A stretch of 64,000 nt of DNA, taken from Amphiscolops sp. MND2022 (taxonomy: Eukaryota). A model generated the notes under the pieces. The model had not been told where the DNA came from and made no database searches. It saw only the letters and a list, made by a program, of their open reading frames with translations. Positions within the stretch are counted from its first letter, which is position 1. Every line of letters starts with the position of its first letter. Positions 24,511 to 43,221 of this stretch are shown here, piece after piece. Made by a program: the position numbers and the translations under genes. The stretch lies in contig OZ076409.1 in the NCBI GenBank assembly GCA_964187785.1, positions 49,106,001-49,170,000 on the forward strand, read 5' to 3'.

Positions 24511-24881
24511 CTGCTAGTTCTCGGTGAGTCTCCGTTAAAAGCACTGCATGGGGTTTTCCTTGGTTCAGGTAAAAAGATAAAGCTGTTGAGCTATGACTGC
24601 TTCTTCCTTCGACCTACTTCCGCCCACCCTAGATCGGCAATGCGGCCTGTGTTCTAGGAACTGTGAGCGACAGAAATGCGTTCGAAGAATTTTATTACAT
24701 ATTTTTTATTTAAAAAAACACTTTATAATTGCAGCTTAAAAAAATTTCTACCGGTCGACTGCGATAGTTGCTGGTATGAGTAGTTTGCTGGTTGTTATTT
24801 TTTGTAACTGGTCTACTGGGTTAGTGGCTAGTATGGGGTTCCCTACGTTCGTTGCACACCACGGGTGTGTGTCTTCTCCCC

Positions 24882-24941
24882 CCAACATGATGATGCACAT
24901 GGCACTTGATTGATGACGAAGATCCATGATATCTGATAGAG
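24882..24941 (+). ncRNA. Candidate box C/D snoRNA 1
   Basis: Box C ATGATGA 24887-24893, D' TTGA 24906-24909, C' ATGACGA 24913-24919, D CTGA 24933-24936. Guides of 12 and 13 nt. Confidence 0.5.
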
Positions 24942-25165
24942 GATGAGAAACTTTACTACTTGTAAATCTGTGTTCAATAACCGTTTTGTTTAATCAAGAA
25001 ATTTGTGTTCTTTGCTTCATAATCGTTACCTTTTCACGAGCCTCATTGAGTTTCTGAATTGAAATGTCCTCGATCTATTGAACTCTCAGGTTGCATGATC
25101 TCGTTTTTCAATTCCTTTTGTTTCCTATCTTGGTTGGAGTTTTTTTGTCTGTCGCCCGGGCTGGG

Positions 25166-25232
25166 GGCACATGATGAATAAAGAAGCGTTTTTTGAACAC
25201 TGATTGATGACGACGATCCAATTCTGATTAAA
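25166..25232 (+). ncRNA. Candidate box C/D snoRNA 2 (possible SNORD69-like guide)
   Basis: Box C ATGATGA 25171-25177, D' CTGA 25200-25203, C' ATGACGA 25207-25213, D CTGA 25224-25227. ACGATCCAA can pair with the conserved 28S sequence UUGGAUUGU. Confidence 0.6.
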
Positions 25233-25677
25233 ACAAATGTTTGGATAAAGTTTTTGTGTATATGCTGCGTCGATGTCGACGAATCGACGTAACCACAGTA
25301 TCAGAACAGAATTACTGCATATAGCGAAATTTCTATAGCAAATTTCAATTACAGCGAACTGAAAGTATTGTGCCCATCATCGATTTGTCATAATTGGTGT
25401 TGACAAATATTAAAAGCACCGTGTGCACTGAAAACCAGAAAAATCTGAAGTCGGGAGCACGTCTGCTGACAGTCACTATTGGATTTCACAAATGAAGTTT
25501 TCAGACGTTATGAATCAACCAGGTTTCACGGAAGTAAATACTTCTGGGTTTGTGTGAGGTGATCGTCATTTTGCGATCCTCTGGTTTCTGCAGTGCCGAA
25601 GATTGTATTCTCCACCAATCTGCGTTTTTTGAGGAGAATGCGGTCGGGATCACAAATCGATTCGAGTTTGATAGGTT

Positions 25678-35467
<9,790 letters not shown>

Positions 35468-36893
35468 AATTACACCATTTTCACTCACTTTTATCGACTA
35501 AAGGTTGCTCCGGCATTATAATCGCTCCCCTATGAAAAGATCTTGAATAGAGCAATAAGGCATTGTATGTTTAAACCCTGGCACTTCTCCGAAGCTATGA
35601 CTAGATTTACGAAACACGCTGAAATCCAAGTTCCTCGGAAAGCACTTCAACATCGGTGTTTTGTACGTTGACTGGCTCACCAATTAGTGTACAATTCATG
35701 AGCTTGTCCTTAGCCTTGTTTTTTGTCTCCTTCGTAACGTTTCTATCGGAATATATTTCTTGGTTAAAGGTTTCGTGATTCATGTGAATGATTTTATGAT
35801 CATGGGGGAGTTTCTCAAGCACTGGCACTTGGAAATTAAAACAACTTTGAGAGTCTACTTTGCAGCTGTTGTACTTCATTGTATGTTTTATCTTCACATT
35901 TATTGAGTGACCTTCCTTCTTTTTGTGATACATTTTGAAACGCAGTTGCAGATATAAGAAATGCACATTCATGTTTTCGTTCACATATGATTTGGTAGTT
36001 GGCATTGCCTTTGACCCACTTGAAAGTGTCTGTCTAACAAAAATACGAGGAAATTTCTCAAATCTGACAAAAGGATGAATCATGACTTGGAAATGGCGAA
36101 GTGACATCAGTAGCAAAAGTTGCACTGGAGACCAGTTTATCAAACTAACTTCGGTCTACTTGAGTTTTGCTAAGTTAGGTCTCTGAAATTGTCTCAAATG
36201 CATTATTAGTTTTTGTGCACTTTTTAGTAGTTGATGGCTGTAATTTGTAACAAAAAAATATGCCTGTTTGTTGCGCGGTTCTCTTAGTGCTCTAGACTGA
36301 ATCGCTCTAGACAGCGAGGAAGACTTGTTGGCCGTAACACATGTGGATATTGCATGTACTATTGCTGTTGCAGTTTGCCGCATGCTACAAATCATTCATA
36401 TTTCCTTCAATGTTTGAATACTGAGGATCTGATGCAACAATGTGCATGAACGCTATTTCCTTACTCTTCCCTCCTCCGCTTTCAAAAAACTGTTTTAGTG
36501 GCTACTTCACTTTTTTGGATTCAAAGAAGTACCCGACCGCTGAATTCGCTTTAACTCTTTACAATTTCTATTCAAAAGTTATGTCAAGCTCGAACATGTT
36601 TGGAAAAATGATTTTGCAAAAACACTCAATGTTGCTGTATTTTTGTATTTATGTTTGTTATTAACTTCTTGAGACAATTCCACTCCATTTGCTTAAATTT
36701 TTGTGGAATAATTGAAAGTTGTTTTGGCTAGAGATTCGATAGTAAATTCGTACCTATCTTCTAAACTAGCAGATAGTTTTTTTCTCAAAATGCTGTAGTC
36801 AATTCCCGAATAAAGTTCCCCATCGCGGAGATCGATATCCTTGTGTTTTAATGAAATTGTCTCTCATTGTAATAAAAGGGCCTGAAATGGAAA

Positions 36894-38163
36894 AACAAGC
36901 CGGGAATGGCCCAAGTCGGCGTCACGCTCAAAGTTCAAAAAAAGTTTTTTACATCTGCAAAAGTACACTTTTGTTAAAATTTCAACAATTTTACTGTGCA
37001 AAAATTGAACCTCAATGGATACGTATAAGACTTGAAAACCACTTTTTCCACAACTGGAGCCAACAAAAGCTCTCAAGAAGCTAACAATTGAGGGAAAAAA
37101 TTTTCCGTATCTTTTTGAAGTCCCCGGTAAGTGCTGAAAACCCGAAGGAATGCTCGCAAAATATTTCGTTTCTAGCAAAAAATGAGAGGGGTTTTGATAA
37201 AAACCAATTGGAAAAAAGTCACTTGGAAAAAAACGTCGGTGTTAAAGAAAAAACAAAATTCGGTTACAGCGTGTTGAGAAAACCTTAGCAAAACAGTCTC
37301 ATAGTGTCTAAAAATGTGAGGGGGATGGGCCTCCATTCTGTTGCAAAATATCAAAAAATTGAAGGGGGGACCCTTTGGAGACATAAAAAAATTATTGCTG
37401 CGAAAAAAAAGTATCACAAAGCCGAAGTAACATGAACAAAAAAATTTTGGTCAAGGGCGAGACTCGATCCCACGTCTTTCTGCTTCGCAGACCTCAAAAA
37501 TCCTGATTAACATCTATGCCAAGTGGCGCTAGAAGTGACAAGTTTAGTGTGGCAGTTAGTGGAAACAATAGCTTATAAAGCTTATTAAATCTGTCGTCAC
37601 TTCGTCGGTCTTAAAAAACAAGCCGGGAACGGCCCGAGTCGGCGCCATATCTGAGGCTCAAAAATAGCAAGAGGACTTCAGAGTCTCACGTACCCGCATG
37701 AGGAAAAAATTGTTTTTTTTTCGAATTTTTTTTTAAGTCTCCGGTAAGTCGCATAGTGCCGGAAAATGTAAAAGGGGGCCCTTTGGGAGTTTTTGAACAT
37801 CTATTCTTTTGCAAAATAGAAAAAAAATTGAAGGGGACCCTTTGGAGACATGAAAAAAATATGCGAAAAATGTCTCACAAAGCCGAAATAAATAACATAC
37901 AAAAAAATTGGTCAAGGGCGAGACTCGAACCCATGTCCTTCTGCTTGGCAGACCCCCAGAAATCCTCAAAAAAATCAGAAGCAGAAGTTACATTAGTGTG
38001 GCAGTCAGTGGAAGCCAGTTTATAAAGCTTATGAAATCTGTCACTTCGTTGCTCTTAAAAAAAGAAAAGTCACTGCTGTAGTCTGCATTTTCTACGAAAA
38101 GCGGTGACTAAAAAAAGAAAGTCACTCCTATAGTCTGCGTTTTTCTACGAAAAGCGCCGACTA
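36894..38163 (-). mobile_element. HINE containing a second HINE (37617-38110)
   Basis: Two AACAAGCCGGGAA(T/C)GGCCC ends (36894, 37617) and two 5' ends (38101-38110, 38154-38163). Confidence 0.75.
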
Positions 38164-39012
38164 AAAATAGACCATGGTTTTCCAACCCTATTGATCATGC
38201 TCTAAAATAACTAAATGACTAAAATTACTAAAAACGACTAAATAAGTTCAGATCGGCAGAATTAGTTGATAGACGTGGAAGAATGAAATTAGGTTTTCAT
38301 AGAGATCACAAAATGGGATTGATCTTGATTCAAACTTAATTCGTTTTTGTATCCTTTTAAATGATAAATAGTAAGCGGGTTTGCAAACAAATTTTCACGC
38401 ACATTTGATTTTTGATTCGATGCGAATAATTGCTGCAGAACAAAATTAGAATATTTTCACGGATATCAGATCATATTCAATCGGGTCACCTAACTGCTCG
38501 GCCATTTGGGCGGTCGGCCAATTGCACGGTCGCCGTATGATCTGCTTTGTATGGTAGTCGTTCGTATGACAACGATTTTCAAGAACTAATATAAACCCGA
38601 TCTCAAATCTGATTAGACGACGAAATTAGCAAACTATCACTTTCATTTGTTCTGACCAGTTGCAAAGTTTGATAAGTTTCATCATTCAAAGCACACTGTC
38701 GACCAATAGCTATTAAGAATTCGATGTGGTTCTGCTATGAATTTATTCCGCATTTTAACTGTTCGGCTGTACAACCTACGACCGCTTTGTATAACTGGAA
38801 AGCGCCCTTGATCCGAAAAACCATTAGACGGACAATCAAACATTGAGTCAGAAAGCCGACATAGATTATCGGGTTGGTTGAAGTGTGTTATTTCAGAGGC
38901 ACCAGTTTCAAAACTGATCAATAGTGCATCCAAATGATCATACTTGTGGGCTTAATTGTTTGTTGGTTAAATTATGTGACGTAAGGCACCACTTTAGAGC
39001 TGATCTGTAATC

Positions 39013-39528
39013 TTTATTGCTACGAAAAATGATTATTTTTTGGCTGTTAGGAAACAATTATTTGAAACTATTGCAATAAATTGAAATGCCAATATATTTT
39101 TTACAATGCTGTCTGCTCTGTAATGACTCAGACCATTAACAGAGTACCCTAAAATTGATTGCTTAGCCCTGTACCCAATATAGAACCTAAAAAGCAGAAG
39201 CTCAAAATTTATATTTATTGCTACGAAAAATGATTATGTTTTGATTGTTAGGAAACAATTATTCAAAACTATTGCAAAAATTGAAATGTCAATATATTTT
39301 TTTACAATTCTGTCTGTAATGACTCAGACCATTAACAGAGTACCCTAAAATTGATTACTTAGCCCTGTTCCCAATATAGAACCTGAAAAGCAGCTCAAAA
39401 TTTAGTATATTAATTGCTACGAAAAATGATTATTTTCTGGTTGTTAGGAAACAATTATTTAAAACTATTGCAATAAATTGAAATGTCAAATGTTGTTTTA
39501 CAATGTTGTCTGTAATGACTCAGACCAT
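39013..39528. repeat. Tandem repeat, ~200-bp unit, ~2.6 copies
   Basis: ATTGCTACGAAAAATGATTA...TCTGTAATGACTCAGACCAT recurs near 39015, 39217 and 39413. Confidence 0.9.
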
Positions 39529-41174
39529 GTAAATGGTTTTTAGAGTGATTAAAAGTCGAATATTTCACTATATGGCCCGCAAAAGAATAACATTGTTTTG
39601 TTTTATATTGATTGTTTCTGTGCAATGACAATGTATGTATGGGCCATTTAAAGCTATCTTTTCGAATCGTTCCATTAATAGCTTTTATGGGATAAAGTTG
39701 GTGTTAAGAGCGCGGAATCAAGCTCAAAGTATCGGCTGCTGTTTTTCCAAAAATTCAAACTTTTGGTTGTTTTGGGGACAAGCTTGTACTATTGTGTCGC
39801 GAAATGCTGAAAACGTCATTTGTGTTTCAGGCGTAGGAAGTACATGGCAGGAGGCAAAACAGAAGCAGCGGAAGAAACAGTGCCTTCATCGGTGAGTGTC
39901 GTTTGTCTTATTTGAAACGGGGACTTGATGCGAATTCAAAAATTTTCGTCAATAGTGCAATTGTGATATTTCAAACTGCTTGCGTGGGTCATTGCAGTGA
40001 CTTTCAAAAACACATCTTCGGAAAAATTCCGCTAAGATTAAAATCCCACGTTTTTAATGTTTCTGCGTGAACAGATATACTATTAAAGCCTTAAATGTGA
40101 TTTTTCGAAGACTTATTTGTCGACCCGATTTGTTAGCCAATTTTGATTAGCTACTCCAAGTCTTTAGCTAGTTTATTCAATTCTCGTAGCAACGAGGCAG
40201 CGCTTTTTTGAAATGAAGCGAAATGAAATGTTCATTATTCGTACTCCGAGAGCTTCGCCTGCATTCAAATACGAATGCGAAACGTTATATAAGCTCAGTA
40301 GTTTCATTTTCTTTAGAAAAAACGGAAGGTGTTGTTTAATTGTGCGCTATATCATGAACTTTGAAGTTAATGGTTATTATAGCCTAACGCAGAAATATTA
40401 CAGTACCCCGCAGGGTCCTATTCCATTATTGACGTATTCTATAGTCTTGAATTCCATAATGTGTCTATTTGGAAAATACATACGGACAAAGTAGCAATTG
40501 TAGAAAGTTATTTAAAAAATGCAAAAGGAAATGTATACTAAGCTTCATCTAAGATAGTTGAATACTTATAGTCCAGTCCGAACGGTCTCCAAAGACAGGA
40601 TTCCCGTTAGCATTAACACTCTATCCACAAAGCAAAAAAACAAGGGCGATAAACAGATTACAACAAGGTAATGACCGAGAGAAAACCCAAAAACTGCACG
40701 AATGGTCTCTAAGGACGCCCAAAAATATCTATAGAAGTATGTCTGAATATTTGTAACTTCGAGAAGAATTGAATGGTTACTGATTGGCTCAGTTAAAAGT
40801 GTCGGCTACGGTTGGTTTCTTTTGGAGCATTCTAAATTTTGTTGTAGTGTTGTAATCTTAGTCTTCGGTTCTTTACTAAGCTACACTAAGTGGATTCGTT
40901 GTTTGTATTTCCATGTATTGACTTTATTACTGTTTTACTGATTCAATTCTTCTACTGGTTGCATCCGTCGTGCTCGTTTGCTGGCAAAAAACAATAGCCG
41001 ATGGACTTTGCATACATGTAAGATCTTCGGGTCCGGCTCTGATTCACTACATGGTAATTTCCGTCGAATATTTTGGGAACACTAGCCATCGGTCACATCC
41101 CTGGTTGTGCATTTTCTCCCTTGAGAAAAAAATCTATTTTCAAGTTGCGGTGTTCTTCGGTCCCCTGTCGTTGT

Positions 41175-41333
41175 TGGAGGACAAGGAACAAGTAGCAAAA
41201 GCAGAAAATCCATAAACGTTATTAAAACCTCAAGAAACTGAATCGCAAAGAATGATTCTTTGCAATTCAGTTTCTTGAGGTTTTAATAACGTTTATGGTT
41301 TTTCTGCTTTTGCTACTTGTTCCTTGTCCTCCA
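41175..41333. repeat. Inverted repeat, 79-bp arms, 1-nt spacer, 2 mismatches
   Basis: 41175-41253 versus 41255-41333. Confidence 0.92.
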
Positions 41334-41499
41334 CCTGTTGCTGTTGAGTTGATGCACGTTTTTTTCCTAGATGTGTTTGCAGGCTGCCAGGCAAATAACT
41401 CAGGTGTTTGCCTTTTGACCTCTTGGCATGGTTGCTTACAAAGGTTTCGCATTTCATAATCAACAACTTAGTCAGACTCTTGGCTTCTTCAAGGCTTCC

Positions 41500-42350
41500 C
41501 TTTGGCAATTGGTTATCGACTATGGATCGGTCTGAAGGCGGGGTGCGCAGCGCTTCAGGTCCTTGCCACGTTTGGTTTTAGTTTCTGATGCGACATGCCC
41601 CTGCTGGCGTATTCCGGTAGTGACGTAGTTTCACATCTGATGAGACTGTTTTTGGATCTTTGCGACATTATTGGCAACGAAAGTCTTCCAACGACTCTAG
41701 TGAATTTTTCATCCCAGCAGGAGCGATGTTGGCATCAATCTGAGCAGAGATTTTAATGTTCGGAAGCCTATGGTCAACGAGAGCTTTGCTGATTGATTGC
41801 ACCAACCGCGCTCCCAAAATAAACTTTTCGAGTTCTACTCTGGGAACAGTGGTTTCGATAAGGGCGAATCTTGTTTCGGCCACGGGGAGTTTGGAACTTG
41901 CAATTATCTTGACTGTTGGGTTGTTGAAGTACTTTGACAGTTGTGGAGTAGGCAGTTTTGGAGGCGTCACAAAAGTCTCGGAGTTGTAGTTTTCGTCTGA
42001 ATTCCACAGCGTGCTCTCTTTTGATCAGTTGACGAGTTTTGCGGAAGTTCTTTAATTTTACAAGGGTACTTCAAGATTTCTTCTACAGAGTCGGCTCCAT
42101 TGAGGAAATGAATTGGTACTGGCGGAACACCTGTTGAGAACCCAACTGGTCAACGAATATCACCCAGACCAAAGACAAGTACTCTGGTTTCCTCAACGAT
42201 AGACCTAGTCGTTTGACTAAGTTCTCAAGTGATCTAACAGTGCTCGAGTAAAGGTGGGTTCACTTGTTCCTGATATTAGAGTCAGGTGCTCTAAGGAAAA
42301 TGACGTTTCCCTGCGTTCTTGTCAATGACCTGCTGTCAAGCTATTGAATG
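41500..42350 (-). mobile_element. Decayed BEL/Pao pol fragment (RNase H region)
   Basis: LRDFCDASKTAY, KIIASSK.PVA...TVPRVEL...GARL and WQGPEAL. Boundaries are approximate. Confidence 0.7.
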
Positions 42351-43047
42351 AAAGTAATCAACATTGATGGTTTCCGCTCAATTTAAAACCGTGAGTTCCT
42401 TGAATGTCTGACATACACGGAGTTTGTGAGTCCTCTTCTACACTCGCCTTTCTCCTCGGATGTCGAAACATTAGTGTTGTAGCTGCCCTCAGTTGACAAG
42501 AGATGGGGCTGTATTGAAAACGTCTGCGTTGAGAGGGTAGCTGCTTCGGGAGACTGACATTCAACTTCCAAAGCTCCCCGATTTTTTTGCTTTCAGGCCG
42601 TTTCTCTGTGTTGAGATAAACTAGGGAAACATTCTATGAGATAATTGGGTATCTCATTTTTCAGAACTAGGTGATGTTCTTACACTGTACAACAGTTGAG
42701 TCAGATCTTCGGCGATTTCAAGCTTGAGTGTGATAGTTTGCATTTGGGTGCTGTTTTGTGGAAGCGATCATGTAACATTCTTGAAGGTTGTGTTTCTTAA
42801 CGATGCTGAGGATACGTCGCCTTTTGTGGATACTGCGACTTATGGCTAGAGTAGTGTTGAGTTGTTGTGTGCGCTCTTTTGAAATGATCCGAGAATAACG
42901 GTGTAATGTCCGGAAAATGTGGACAGATCCAGTTTGGATAGCTTGGCTGTACGGTATGCTTTTGGGTTACATGACATTTCGTCCTATACCTTCTCAACCT
43001 ATGCAATTTCAACCGTTGCCATTTCAACCGCTCACAATTTCAACCTA

Positions 43048-43221
43048 CAGTAGGGGGTGTTTATAACGGAGTGCTTTATAACGACGAGCGTTTATAACGA
43101 CTATTTTCTCCAAATTTCTGTCATATAACAAACGCTTGTAACGACAATCTTTATAACGACGGTTTTTATACCGACATTAAAATTAAGTGCCCCTCGGGGT
43201 CGTAATAAAAGCCCCCTACTG
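43048..43221. mobile_element. Tc1/mariner (pogo/Tigger-like) MITE
   Basis: TA on both sides; TIR CAGTAGGGGGTGTTTATAACG versus CAGTAGGGGGCTTTTATTACG; internal TTATAACGAC repeats; inserted in a TTTCAACC array (42985-43240). Confidence 0.85.

Larger units (their letters stand above)
19891..24598 (-). mobile_element. Nearly complete LINE ORF2 (APE endonuclease, RT, C-terminal CCHC; I/Nimb/R1-group-like) interrupted by two inserts and two in-frame stops
   Basis: EN motifs VLLTET, AGDINARHPMWG and SSVIDLF; RT motifs SAYRPIT, DFEKAFDSVW, QGSVFSP and FADD; GSNWG; CPC...ESVTHYLFFC at ~20090-20140. ORFs 20700-22631 and 20169-20690 share a frame. Confidence 0.9.
19083..24629 (+). mobile_element. Outer non-autonomous element (GGGTGG termini, 9-bp TSD) inflated by nested insertions
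   Basis: TSD CAGATCGGC (19074-19082) / TAGATCGGC (24630-24638). Imperfect TIR GGGTGGCTGTAAAAAGGTCGAA versus GGGTGGGCGGAAGTAGGTCGAA. The left arm ends in the core-A start (TTGTTGTATGGC). Confidence 0.7.
14839..24745 (+). mobile_element. CRE-like non-LTR retrotransposon in four pieces (14839-16770, ~17180-17357, 18960-19082, 24630-24745) separated by nested insertions
   Basis: The 542-aa RT ORF (GLRPIAV, DFENAFN, WYLDDG) is followed by HTCHCG..RPDG. The later pieces continue the same protein: VTVVDALAPSR..EVQGS | LGESSEIF..RISMALQIG | NAACVLGTV. It parallels the C-terminus of the 10858-11703 ORF. Confidence 0.85.

Noticed and set aside
37909..37955. Functional tRNA gene
   Set aside because: There is no D-arm or A-box and no paired anticodon or acceptor stem; it is kept only as a tRNA-like fragment.
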